A DNA stretch of 57,696 nucleotides from a virus: positions 1 to 57,696 of IMG/VR virus record IMGVR_UViG_3300043493_000066. One strand, 5' to 3'. The notes under the pieces were generated by a model. That model did no database searches. It was not told the origin of the DNA and saw only the letters and a list, made by a program, of their open reading frames with translations. Below, in pieces: positions 36,051-44,314 of the stretch. Within the stretch, counting starts at the first letter, position 1. The number at the start of each line of letters is the position of its first letter. The position numbers and the translations under genes were made by a program.

Positions 36051-36172
36051 ATCTCCTCGGAGTTGTGATCCGCCGCCGGCGCGGGCGCGGCAAAGCGATC
36101 ACCGCGGATAGCGTCAGGCTCGGCCGAAGCCCGGCCAGCGGCAGTCTTGAATTGGTTCAATGCCAGGTACAC
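36047..36172 (-). CDS. Possible 41-aa ORF (GTG start)
   Basis: Hand translation: VYLALNQFKTAAGRASAEPDAIRGDRF... Its stop overlaps the ParB-like ATG, and GGGAGGGG lies upstream. Confidence 0.25.
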   Translation of the reverse strand: MYLALNQFKTAAGRASAEPDAIRGDRFAAPAPAADHNSEEI

Positions 36173-36230
36173 GTACGCCGACCCCTCCCGATCCTGCGTT
36201 GCCCGCCGGCGCGATCGCGCGGCGGTATTG

Positions 36231-36662
36231 CTACGGTTTCGCTGTTACAAGCCCTTCGAGGTATTGCAACCGCTCTTCTGCCTTGTCGGCCCGCGCGCGC
36301 TCAATCAGCAGCTGCCGCTCGGCTTCCGAGAGCAATAAGTGCAGGCCTTTGCCGCGACGCCACGCCCACCAGGTCAGGACGATGTCGTTGCCGCAGAGCT
36401 CGCCCAGCTGCTCCAGCTTGTTCGTAGGGAAGTGGACCTCGCCCTTTCGCATGCGCGACCAGTGCGACGACTCGATCTTGAGCGACAGGTAGAGATCCTT
36501 CTCGTCCTGGCCGGAGACGTTGATCTGCAGGTTGATCGCATCGAGCAGCGTCTTGCACGCACGGATCACGTCGTCCGAGACCGGCTGCGGCCGCGGCGCC
36601 TTGATGAGCGGCAGTTCCCCCTGAGCAGCAACGGCATGCAAATTCTTTGCTTGTTGTTGCAT
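36231..36662 (-). CDS. CII-like regulatory protein (143 aa)
   Basis: SHWSRMRKGEVHFPTNKLEQLGELCGNDIVLTWWA resembles Phage_CP76/CII-type regulators. Position is downstream of the Cro-like gene. Confidence 0.4.
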   Translation of the reverse strand: MQQQAKNLHAVAAQGELPLIKAPRPQPVSDDVIRACKTLLDAINLQINVSGQDEKDLYLSLKIESSHWSRMRKGEVHFPTNKLEQLGELCGNDIVLTWWAWRRGKGLHLLLSEAERQLLIERARADKAEERLQYLEGLVTAKP

Positions 36663-36786
36663 GTGAACTCAGGGCAAAAAAAGGGAGACTGGCGCCATGC
36701 GCACGTTCGCAGTCGCCGATGGGCACGAAAGCCCCCGTGGGAGAATCGACGTCGCCAGACGACCAACCCTTTCCACGGAGGCTTTC

Positions 36787-37201
36787 ATGCACGTAATCAC
36801 GGACGCCGTCGACAACGGCGCCACAGTTCTGCTCGTTCTCCGCGACAACGACACCGGCAAGCTCTCGCAGTTCACGCTGGCATCGACGCACTTCGTCAAA
36901 GCCGCCCCGCGGCTCGCACAAATCGCCATTGCGATGCGACACAACAAGATGGTTGGCGGGGCCGAGCGGACCGGCGAGTACAGGGGCATCGCCGTCTGCG
37001 TTGCGGGCGCGATCAAAGTTGACCCCGACCTGCTGGTATCGCCGCCTGGAGGTTCGATTGACATTCGATCCAGGCCGGCCCGAGGAAGTCTGCTTTGCGC
37101 TCTCGCCCGACTTAGCGCGGCGGGTGGCGGAGGGCATTGCGTCCACTCTCCGGTCACTGGATCAACCCGGAACCACGCCTTCCGGTACTTCGGCGCATTG
37201 A
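36787..37201 (+). CDS. Opposite-strand gene with unresolved 3' end (possible +1 frame change near 37036-37060)
   Basis: GGAGG lies 5 nt before ATG 36787. Composition is natural and GC3 high to about 37035 (MHVITDAVDNGATVLLVLRDND...). After that the neighbouring frame looks coding (..RRLEVRLTFDPGRPEEVCFALSPDLARRV..) and stops at 37201. Confidence 0.35.
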
Positions 37202-37291
37202 TGCGTTCGACGGCGGCTAGTGCCAGGCCACACGGGACGCCGATCGCCGGAAGAGCGATCAGCCCCGGCAAGGCGAGGAACGTGCGGCGAT

Positions 37292-37486
37292 TCAAGCGGC
37301 CCTCGCTTCCTGTGAACGGAAGAACTCAGCGAGTTTCTCGATGTGGCTAACGCCAGGGTCTTCGATCTCCCTGCGCGCGATCTTCTCGACGGTGCGCTTC
37401 GCAACGCCGGATCCGTCGGCGACTTCTTGATAGGTCAGTGGAGTCGAAACGAGCTGCCGGATGACGTACTCGTGCATGGATTCCAT
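37292..37486 (-). CDS. Cro-like HTH regulator (64 aa)
   Basis: LTYQEVADGSGVAKRTVEKIARRE HTH. The start is set downstream of the -10 element, because the track start at 37507 lies inside the operator and upstream of the -10. Confidence 0.6.
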   Translation of the reverse strand: MESMHEYVIRQLVSTPLTYQEVADGSGVAKRTVEKIARREIEDPGVSHIEKLAEFFRSQEARAA

Positions 37487-37494
37487 GCTGAGAA

Positions 37495-37523
37495 ATCCTA
37501 GACCCATACTTGGGTTTCGTCAA
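37495..37523 (-). promoter_or_regulatory. PR-like early promoter TTGACG-N17-TAGGAT
   Basis: Minus strand reads TTGACGaaacccaagtatgggtcTAGGAT. ATG 37486 begins 9 nt after the -10, so the mRNA is near-leaderless. Confidence 0.5.
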
Positions 37524-37536
37524 CCCACTAATGGGT
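37502..37536. promoter_or_regulatory. Operator pair ACCCA-N4-TGGGT (37502-37515 and 37523-37536), centres 21 bp apart
   Basis: acccatacttgggt and (ca)acccactaatgggt(tg) lie between the divergent Cro-like and CI-like genes. Confidence 0.65.
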
Positions 37537-37562
37537 TGGGCGGCGATCTAGACTTTAACGTG

Positions 37563-37919
37563 ATGAAAGGACAAAAGAAAACGCCGAAGATTCCAGGCTT
37601 CATGCGCACGATCATGGCGCAGAATCTTCAGAAGCTTCTCGATCACCACTATCGCGCGTTGCCCAATATCACGAAGAAGCAGCATGCGCTCGCTAAGGAT
37701 TCGGGCGTCCGGTTCTCCACCATCCAGCGAGCGTGCAAGGCGGAGAATGGGCCGACGCTTGACACAATAGAGGCGATCGCCGCGGCCGTTGACCTATCCG
37801 CCTATCAGATCCTCATCCCATCGCTCGAGGTCGGCAACCCCCAAGTGGTCAAAGGCGCGACGAAGGAGGAAGAGCGGATGTACCGCAACTGGAAGCGAAT
37901 GAAGGTGACGACGGAGTAG
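37563..37919 (+). CDS. CI-like XRE-family repressor without peptidase domain (118 aa)
   Basis: HTH KQHALAKDSGVRFSTIQRACKAENGPTLDTIEAIA. Divergent from the Cro-like gene. The start choice at ATG 37563 is tentative. Confidence 0.65.
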   Translation: MKGQKKTPKIPGFMRTIMAQNLQKLLDHHYRALPNITKKQHALAKDSGVRFSTIQRACKAENGPTLDTIEAIAAAVDLSAYQILIPSLEVGNPQVVKGATKEEERMYRNWKRMKVTTE

Positions 37920-37922
37920 GCC

Positions 37923-38195
37923 TTGGGCCACCTGATATTCATCGTCTTGCACCTCATCGCCGTAGCGTTCGGAGCGGTGTTGCTGGTGATCACCATCCCG
38001 CTGCACCTGATCTATGGCGCGGCATCTGGCAAGAAGCAACCCGACGAAGCCGACGAGCTCCAGCGCGGCTTCCTGCGCAAGTGCCCGCAGTGCGCCGAGG
38101 CGGTCAAACGCGAGGCCCTGAAGTGCAAGCACTGCGGCGCCCAGCTGCCAGCGCTGCGCCAGCTGAACGCCTGGGAGAAGATCTTCGGTGAGTAG
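37923..38195 (+). CDS. Membrane protein with C-terminal zinc ribbon (90 aa)
   Basis: TM segment LIFIVLHLIAVAFGAVLLVITIPL, then CPQC...CKHC. TTG start. Lies directly downstream of the CI-like gene. Confidence 0.55.
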   Translation: MGHLIFIVLHLIAVAFGAVLLVITIPLHLIYGAASGKKQPDEADELQRGFLRKCPQCAEAVKREALKCKHCGAQLPALRQLNAWEKIFGE

Positions 38196-38469
38196 AGCGC
38201 TGGCGGCCCTGCTCGGGCTGCTCGCGCTCACGATCGACGCCGGCGCCGCGCAGCGTAGCAGTAAGGCGCGGATCGAGTTCCTCCGCAGCAACCCCTGCCC
38301 TTCAACTGACAAGACCCGCGGGCCCTGCCCTGGCTATGTGATCGACCACGTCCGTCCCCTGTGTGCTGGTGGTGAGGATCGGCCAGCCAACATGCAATGG
38401 CAGACGATCGCGGCCGCGAAGGAAAAGGACCGCGCCGAGCGGGAAAGTTGTAGAACTAGGCGGCAATAG
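38188..38469 (+). CDS. Secreted small HNH/His-Me finger-like protein (93 aa)
   Basis: Signal peptide MSRALAALLGLLALTIDAGAA, and GYVIDHVRPLCAGGEDRPANMQWQT. Confidence 0.6.
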   Translation: MSRALAALLGLLALTIDAGAAQRSSKARIEFLRSNPCPSTDKTRGPCPGYVIDHVRPLCAGGEDRPANMQWQTIAAAKEKDRAERESCRTRRQ

Positions 38470-38545
38470 CTGCTGGGCACACGGTTATAGAACCGAGTTA
38501 TCCACCGATAGGAATCCGCCAGTGAAACAATAGCTTCCTGCCTCA

Positions 38546-38580
38546 ACCCATCTTTGGGTTGACAAGACCCATTATTGGGT
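38546..38580. promoter_or_regulatory. Second operator pair ACCCA-N4-TGGGT (38546-38559 and 38567-38580), centres 21 bp apart
   Basis: (ca)acccatctttgggt(tg) and acccattattgggt have the same architecture as the 37502-37536 pair. Confidence 0.65.
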
Positions 38581-38587
38581 TTACGCT
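38559..38587 (+). promoter_or_regulatory. PL-like early promoter TTGACA-N17-TACGCT
   Basis: TTGACAagacccattattgggttTACGCT has an operator inside the spacer. It lies upstream of the plus-strand early operon. Confidence 0.5.
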
Positions 38588-38622
38588 TTTTGCCGTCTCT
38601 GGAATAACGGCAGGAGGCGAGT

Positions 38623-38913
38623 GTGGAGCAAGGCAAGCATCCCAACGACAGACCGCGCGGCACCTTCGAGGTCAATCTCGTGCCGGCCGGGAAGTCGACC
38701 ATCGTCGTCGACGGCTTCGAGATCTCGGGCATCTGTACCGGTATCTCGATCAAGCATCAGTGTGGCGCATCGATCCCGGTCATGCAGCTCGAGCTCATCG
38801 CTGCACACCGGCTCGCCGGCAAAGGCGAAGCGGAGATCGAAGTCTTCCTGCAGGAGTGCCCTGACTCAGTAGCGCGAGCGCTCCTCGCGTCGCTGCAGCA
38901 GAGGTTCGCATGA
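38623..38913 (+). CDS. Hypothetical early protein (96 aa)
   Basis: ORF track. GTG start after GGAGG. Confidence 0.6.
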   Translation: MEQGKHPNDRPRGTFEVNLVPAGKSTIVVDGFEISGICTGISIKHQCGASIPVMQLELIAAHRLAGKGEAEIEVFLQECPDSVARALLASLQQRFA

Positions 38914-39110
38914 GCGCCGGCCGCGAGTTCTTCGGTCCGACCATCCAAGTCGGCCCCGGCGACATCGGCGAGCCGTATCCAGATGACGACGAGGGATGCC
39001 CGGAATGCGGCGCCGATCTCGAGTTCGCCGGTGCCCTGCTTTCCTGCTCCGTTTGCGACTGGGACGCGAGCTGCGAATGCACGGTCGAGGAAGAACTGGC
39101 CTTCCGATGA
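38910..39110 (+). CDS. Small zinc-ribbon protein (66 aa)
   Basis: CPECG...CSVCDW..C.C. Confidence 0.55.
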   Translation: MSAGREFFGPTIQVGPGDIGEPYPDDDEGCPECGADLEFAGALLSCSVCDWDASCECTVEEELAFR

Positions 39111-39265
39111 CAACCCTGCCGAACGACTACGCGAGCAAAGAATGGCTGCGGCCAGTTCGTCCGCCCCTGCGCAGACGCATGTTCAACGCTGCTGTGCGCG
39201 TCGGGATCTTCGTGACGCTCTTCGTGGCTGGGTTCCTGATGATGCACCCGAAGCTCCTGCCGTGA
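39107..39265 (+). CDS. Small TM protein (52 aa)
   Basis: ATGA overlap. Sequence VRVGIFVTLFVAGFLMM. Confidence 0.45.
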   Translation: MTTLPNDYASKEWLRPVRPPLRRRMFNAAVRVGIFVTLFVAGFLMMHPKLLP

Positions 39266-39402
39266 GCGACGACGAAGTGATCCAGCGCACTCGGGAATGG
39301 ATAGCCGAGAACAGAGCGCGGCCGCGGCAGGAGTTCGTCGCCGCGGTCCTCGTCATTGTCGGCCTGGCGATCACCGTCGGGCTTTTCCTGGTGTTCCGAT
39401 GA
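39262..39402 (+). CDS. Small TM protein (46 aa)
   Basis: GTGA overlap. Sequence FVAAVLVIVGLAITVGLFLVF. Confidence 0.45.
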   Translation: MSDDEVIQRTREWIAENRARPRQEFVAAVLVIVGLAITVGLFLVFR

Positions 39403-39578
39403 GGCTGCCGCGTTCCATCCTGGATCGGGCGTTCGAATACACGCCGAGCGCGAAGACCGATCTCAAGCGCACGTTTAAACGCATTCGCCGCGAGCATCTC
39501 GAGGACCAGCAGCGCGACGCGGCGAACGCGCAGGAAGCGCAGGACAAGGTCAAGCAACTCAAGGGGACGAAGACGTGA
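39399..39578 (+). CDS. Small basic protein (59 aa)
   Basis: ATGA overlap. Sequence MRLPRSILDRAFEYTPSAKTDLKRTFKRIRRE. Confidence 0.5.
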   Translation: MRLPRSILDRAFEYTPSAKTDLKRTFKRIRREHLEDQQRDAANAQEAQDKVKQLKGTKT

Positions 39579-40462
39579 TCACCGAAGACCAGAGGAAGAT
39601 CCGACACACCGGCATCTTCAGCTCCGATGTGCCGCGGATCATGGCCGGAGACGGCGTGCGGGTCGCCCTCGAGAAGATGGGCGAGCTCCAACGCGAGAAC
39701 CTGGACGACGTGCTCGAGGTCGAGATCGGCAACCTGGTCGAGCCGCGGATCCTCGATGCTTACGAAGCGAGCCTCGGCAGCCTGGCCGTGCGTTCACCGG
39801 ACACGCTGCGACACGCCGAGCACAAGTGGCTCGGTGCCCACATCGACGGCATCGGCTCGAACCTGATCGTCGAAGCGAAGTCGGTCGGCTGGTATCGGCG
39901 CCGCGACTGGGGCGAGCCAGGCACCGACGAAGTTCCGGATCGCGTGCTGTGGCAGGTGCAGGAGCAGCTCGCGGTCTCGAGGATGCCGCTCGGCCACGTT
40001 CCCGTCTGCTTCATCGATGAGAAGTCGCTGAAGGAATTGCTGACGGGGAAGCTGCCGCCGATCGAGGTGTACGTCATCCCGGCCGATCGGGATCTCGAGG
40101 CCTACATCGTCGAGCGCTGCGGCAAGGTGTGGCAGCACGTCGAAGCGCGCACGCTGCCGGATCCCGAGAAGCCGCTCGATGCCAGGCTGCTCTATCGGAA
40201 GGACACCGGCGCGATCGTGGAAGCCGACGACGCGATCGTCGCGCTTCATGCGCAGCTGCTCGCCGAGCAAGCCGCCGAGAAACGAAGCAAGGCTCAGGTG
40301 GACGAGCTGAAGGCGCAGCTGCAGGCGTTCATGAAGGACGCGAGCGAGCTCCGCCACCAGGGCCGCACGCTCGCGACGTGGAAGCTCACCAAGCCGAGCG
40401 CTGGATACACGGTCGGGCCAAAGCCCGGCTATCGCAAGCTGTTGACCAAGGAGATCGCATGA
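39575..40462 (+). CDS. YqaJ-like exonuclease (295 aa)
   Basis: N-terminus RKIRHTGIFSSDVPRIM and HIDGIG...VEAKS resemble the lambda Exo/YqaJ fold (PD-(D/E)XK). Confidence 0.65.
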   Translation: MITEDQRKIRHTGIFSSDVPRIMAGDGVRVALEKMGELQRENLDDVLEVEIGNLVEPRILDAYEASLGSLAVRSPDTLRHAEHKWLGAHIDGIGSNLIVEAKSVGWYRRRDWGEPGTDEVPDRVLWQVQEQLAVSRMPLGHVPVCFIDEKSLKELLTGKLPPIEVYVIPADRDLEAYIVERCGKVWQHVEARTLPDPEKPLDARLLYRKDTGAIVEADDAIVALHAQLLAEQAAEKRSKAQVDELKAQLQAFMKDASELRHQGRTLATWKLTKPSAGYTVGPKPGYRKLLTKEIA

Positions 40463-41613
40463 ACACCGCAGTTCAAGCACTGAAGGATAACGTCGCCGAG
40501 CGCAAGGACTTCGGCGGGTCGATGCCCGTCGCTATCGCCTCGAACCCGCTCGCGACCGCGCGCGAGGCCGAAGCCAAGGCCGCAGTCGAAGCTCGCTACA
40601 TCATGGCCATGCGCCGGCCGCGGAACTGGGACGAGGTGCGCCAGAAGATCCTGAAGGAGTGCCGGCGCCCCGCGTTCGCGAAGGACAAGAGCACGCTGTA
40701 CCGCAAGCCAGTCGGCAACGGCGTCGAGGGCCTCGGGATCCGCTTCGCCGAAATGGCGCTGCGCTGCCTGACCAACGTCATGACCGAGACGCCGGTCATC
40801 TACGAAGACGACATGCGCCGCGTGATCCGCGTCATCGTCACCAACCTCGAGGACAACCAGACGGAGTTCGCCGACGTGACCGTGTCGAAGACCGTCGAGC
40901 GCTCGAAGCCGATGGATGACGGGACGTACATCAGCGTCCGCATGAACAGCTACAACAAGCCGGTCTACACCGTGCCGGCAACCGACGAGGACCTGCTCAA
41001 CAAGGAATGGGCGCTCGTCTCGAAGATGCGCCGCAACTGCGGGCTGCGTCACATCCCGGGCGACATCCAGGCCGAGGCCGAGGCGATCATCCGCTCGGTG
41101 CGCCTGGACGAGGCGGCGCGCGATCCGGACGCGGAGCGCCGGGAAATCGCCGACGGATTCGCCAAGCTGAACGTGCCGGTCGACGAGCTGACCGAGTACG
41201 TCGGCCACGATCTCGCGACGTGCTCGCCGAAGGAGCTCGCGGATCTGCGCACGGTCTGGGGTTCTGTGCGAGACGGCGAGGCGACCTGGGCGTCGCTGCT
41301 CGAGCACAGCCGCGCCGCGCGCGCCGCGGAACGGGCGAACGCCGGCCAGGCAGGAGACAAGACGAAGGCCCGAGGCGTCGCCGCTGTCAAGGACAGGGCG
41401 AAGAAAGCGGCCGAACCGAAGGACGGCAAGAAAGACAAGATCACCGGCACGGTCGAGCAACGCGACGCGTTCATCGCGAAGTTCGCCCAGTGCCAGGACA
41501 CCGAGATCCTGAGCGTCGTCATGGACGAGACGCGCCTGATCTCGTGGACGGCGCCGGACGAGGCGACGATCAAGGCCGCCTACCAGAAGCGGCTCGGCGA
41601 GCTCGGGGGCTGA
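40459..41613 (+). CDS. Putative single-strand annealing protein partner of the exonuclease (384 aa)
   Basis: Position is immediately after the YqaJ-like gene (ATGA overlap). The family was not recognised with certainty. Confidence 0.4.
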   Translation: MNTAVQALKDNVAERKDFGGSMPVAIASNPLATAREAEAKAAVEARYIMAMRRPRNWDEVRQKILKECRRPAFAKDKSTLYRKPVGNGVEGLGIRFAEMALRCLTNVMTETPVIYEDDMRRVIRVIVTNLEDNQTEFADVTVSKTVERSKPMDDGTYISVRMNSYNKPVYTVPATDEDLLNKEWALVSKMRRNCGLRHIPGDIQAEAEAIIRSVRLDEAARDPDAERREIADGFAKLNVPVDELTEYVGHDLATCSPKELADLRTVWGSVRDGEATWASLLEHSRAARAAERANAGQAGDKTKARGVAAVKDRAKKAAEPKDGKKDKITGTVEQRDAFIAKFAQCQDTEILSVVMDETRLISWTAPDEATIKAAYQKRLGELGG

Positions 41614-41615
41614 TC

Positions 41616-41765
41616 GTGAGCTACGACACCAGGTGCGACGAGCTCGCGCGGGTTTTCCTGCGCGATGCGAAGCGGGACACCGACGAAGCGATCGTCGCCC
41701 AGCTCGCGCAGCGGATCCAGGACTCGATCGAAGACTTCCTCAACGAGCAGAACATCGCGGCGTGA
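41616..41765 (+). CDS. Small protein (49 aa)
   Basis: GTG start 3 nt after the upstream stop, in frame with the tail of track ORF 41007..41765. Confidence 0.4.
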   Translation: MSYDTRCDELARVFLRDAKRDTDEAIVAQLAQRIQDSIEDFLNEQNIAA

Positions 41766-42025
41766 CGGCAGGCGTCTACACGACCATGCGCGCGCCGCAG
41801 CGCGGCATCAGCCACTGGCACGGCACCGTGAAGGTCCAGCGGAGCATCACGCCACCTGGCCAGGTGCTCATCTACAACGAGCGGCGATCGCTGATGTACC
41901 AGCAGGCGATGCCCCGGGCGCTGGAGCGGATGTTCTTTCCGGACGAGCTGAAGTTCTACGCGGACGCCACTTTCAGGAATGGCGTGCTGAAGATCAACGC
42001 GCGCCGCGAGCCGGAGGCCTGGTGA
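41762..42025 (+). CDS. Hypothetical protein (87 aa)
   Basis: GTGA overlap. Composition is natural from VTAGVYTTMRAP... Confidence 0.5.
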   Translation: MTAGVYTTMRAPQRGISHWHGTVKVQRSITPPGQVLIYNERRSLMYQQAMPRALERMFFPDELKFYADATFRNGVLKINARREPEAW

Positions 42026-42594
42026 CCGACCTCACGATCCGTCGCGAGGCGACGGTCTCGCTCAACGGCACGCTGCGCTGGACGCTCTCGCGCAGCTGGG
42101 GCCCAGGCAGGACCGTGTGCTACATCGGGCACAACCCGTCGACCGCCGGAAAGGACGTAGAGGATCCGACCACGCTCGCCTGGCAGCACTTCGCGCGCGT
42201 CAACGGATTCGATCAGTACGTCGCCGTCAATCTCTATCCGTTCCGATCGTCCGATCCAGAGGCATGCCGCAAGTGGGCCGCCTGGATGGACTGCGGGCCC
42301 GACTGGTACGTGCGCGACACGATCCACGAGAACTGGCGCATTGTGGTCGAGCAGGCGAAGCTCGCGGCCGCAGTGGTCGCATGCTGGGGCGCGCTCGTCC
42401 GAGATCAGATCCTGGTCGACCACTTGGTCGAGGAGATCCAGTCGGGCGTCGCGCCGTATCCCGACATCCTGTGCTTGGGTAAGACAGGCTCTGGGGATCC
42501 GAAGCACCCAATGGCGCGCGGCAAGTACCGCGTCCCACGCGATCAGCGCTTCATTGTCTGGAGGCTGTCGCACAACGCGGTAGCGGCAGCGTAG
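42022..42594 (+). CDS. DUF1643-like protein (190 aa)
   Basis: VCYIGHNPSTAGKDVEDPTT...VAVNLYPFRSSDP pattern. Confidence 0.6.
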   Translation: MTDLTIRREATVSLNGTLRWTLSRSWGPGRTVCYIGHNPSTAGKDVEDPTTLAWQHFARVNGFDQYVAVNLYPFRSSDPEACRKWAAWMDCGPDWYVRDTIHENWRIVVEQAKLAAAVVACWGALVRDQILVDHLVEEIQSGVAPYPDILCLGKTGSGDPKHPMARGKYRVPRDQRFIVWRLSHNAVAAA

Positions 42595-42603
42595 GAGGAG
42601 AAC

Positions 42604-42762
42604 GTGAGAACGATCGACCTGTGGTTCGTTTGTCTGCAAGTCTGGCTCGCAATATGGTGGCTCAAGACGTCGGGCCCCTGGTGGATCCCGGCGATCGCGA
42701 TCGCGTTCCTGATTTCCGGGATGCTCTACATCTGGTCGAAGCGCCGGAACAGCATCAAGTGA
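42604..42762 (+). CDS. Small 2-TM protein (52 aa)
   Basis: AGGAGGAG lies before GTG 42604. Hand translation: VRTIDLWFVCLQVWLAIWWLKTSGPWWIPAIAIAFLISGMLYIW... Confidence 0.5.
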   Translation: MRTIDLWFVCLQVWLAIWWLKTSGPWWIPAIAIAFLISGMLYIWSKRRNSIK

Positions 42763-43013
42763 AGCCGATCGAGTTCGAGGGGCAGACGCTGCTGCTCGGC
42801 CCGCCGCCTGGTACGCCGCGCGGCGAGTGCGGATCGCTTCCCGTCCAGGTCAACGCGGGCGGCACATTCAAGCAGACGTACACCTCGTTCTGGAAGCCGT
42901 CCGACGAAGACCTCGAGCTGCTCCGCCGCGGCGCGCACGTCCGCCTGGACGTTCACGGCGGCGCGCATCCGCCGGTCTGGGTGTCGATCGAGAAGTGCGT
43001 CGAGCTGCCGTGA
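42759..43013 (+). CDS. Hypothetical protein (84 aa)
   Basis: GTGA overlap; tail of track ORF 42621..43013. Confidence 0.5.
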   Translation: MKPIEFEGQTLLLGPPPGTPRGECGSLPVQVNAGGTFKQTYTSFWKPSDEDLELLRRGAHVRLDVHGGAHPPVWVSIEKCVELP

Positions 43014-43249
43014 CGTCCGCAAGAGAGAACCCGAAGCGCTGCTTGGCCGAGTTCGCCGATGCGCTCGAGCGCTTCGCGGAGTTGCTGAAAGCAGGGCCAA
43101 GCAATGGATACAAGGTGCGCAGGATCGAGCTCTCGGTGTGGGACCAGGACGACGCCGGCGGCGAGGTAGTAGACGAAGTTGAATTCGAGGAAGGCGACGC
43201 CGAACTCCTCTCGAGCACTGCGCGACGAGCTTCGGAGCTGGCCATCTGA
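43010..43249 (+). CDS. Hypothetical acidic protein (79 aa)
   Basis: GTGA overlap. Confidence 0.5.
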   Translation: MTSARENPKRCLAEFADALERFAELLKAGPSNGYKVRRIELSVWDQDDAGGEVVDEVEFEEGDAELLSSTARRASELAI

Positions 43250-43422
43250 TGGCTGCACTGCAAGAAGCGCTGAACAAGATCTCCTCGGCGAGCAACCTCG
43301 AGGAACTCAAAGCCTGCGAGGCGCAATGCCGCGCTCTGCCCGAAGATGAAAAATCAATCGCGCGCTGGTCGTATGCGTACGCGCGCGAGCAGCTGACCGG
43401 GAGCGCCTTAGCAAGTGGCTGA
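43249..43422 (+). CDS. Hypothetical protein (57 aa)
   Basis: Hand translation: MAALQEALNKISSASNLEELKACEAQCRALPEDEK... The ATG shares one nt with the upstream TGA. Confidence 0.45.
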   Translation: MAALQEALNKISSASNLEELKACEAQCRALPEDEKSIARWSYAYAREQLTGSALASG

Positions 43423-44314
43423 GACGACCGGCATCGCCTGGTGCGACTCCACGTTCAACCCGTGGATCGGCTGCACGAAGATCTCGCCAGGCTGCGATCA
43501 CTGCTACGCCGAGGCGCTCGACAAGCGCATGCGGTACGGCGGCGCGGTGCATTGGGGCGCCGGCACGCCGCGCATGCGCACGAGCTCGTCTACCTGGAAA
43601 GCGCCGCTCGCCTGGAATCGCAAGCAGCAGCAGAAGGTCGACGAGTGGAGCATGGGCGGACGAGACATCTATCCGCCGCGGCCGCACCTGGTCTTCTGCG
43701 CTTCGCTCGCCGACGTCTTCGACAACGAGGTGCCGGAGGCGTGGCGCGATGATCTGTTCACTCTGATCGAAGCCACGCCGCACCTGACTTGGCTGTTGCT
43801 GACGAAACGTATCGGCAACGCATCGAAGATGATCGTCACCTATAACCACCCTCGGCCCCAACACAACGTCTGGCTCGGCGCATCGATCGTCAACCAGGAG
43901 GAGGCCGATCGCGACATTCCGAAGCTGCTCGCGACGCCGGCGGCAAAGCGGTTCATCAGCTACGAACCCGCGCTCGGGCCTGTGGATTTTAGTAGGGTCG
44001 CTGCCGATGACTTCAACTACACCGACGCCCTCGCGCCTCGTTTCCTTCCTCCGCTCGACTGGATCATCGTCGGCGGAGAATCGTCTCAGGGCGGCGCTAA
44101 GGCGCGGCCGTTCGACAGGCAGTGGGCGTACGACACGATCGCGCAATGCAAGGCCGCCGGCGTCGCCTGCTTCGTCAAGCAGCTTGGATCCAATGTCATC
44201 GCGCGCAATGACGAGCATGGATGCGATCTGTCGGCGCCGCGCTTTCTCGATCGAGCCGGCGCCGAGCCGCGCGAATGGCCCGAAGATCTGCGCGTGCAGG
44301 AGTTCCCGACGTGA
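43415..44314 (+). CDS. Phage Gp37/Gp68 family (DUF5131) protein (299 aa)
   Basis: TGIAWCDSTFNPWIGCTKISPGCDHCYA is the signature N-terminus. Confidence 0.75.
   Translation: MAETTGIAWCDSTFNPWIGCTKISPGCDHCYAEALDKRMRYGGAVHWGAGTPRMRTSSSTWKAPLAWNRKQQQKVDEWSMGGRDIYPPRPHLVFCASLADVFDNEVPEAWRDDLFTLIEATPHLTWLLLTKRIGNASKMIVTYNHPRPQHNVWLGASIVNQEEADRDIPKLLATPAAKRFISYEPALGPVDFSRVAADDFNYTDALAPRFLPPLDWIIVGGESSQGGAKARPFDRQWAYDTIAQCKAAGVACFVKQLGSNVIARNDEHGCDLSAPRFLDRAGAEPREWPEDLRVQEFPT

Noticed and set aside
36669-37295. A 208-codon minus-strand ORF starting with a twin-arginine-like signal (NRRTFLALPGLIALPAIG).
   Set aside because: Most of its length is the antisense shadow of a better-supported plus-strand gene. 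Its product there is Cys/Ser/Arg-rich. Only the first ~50 codons remain a weak possibility.
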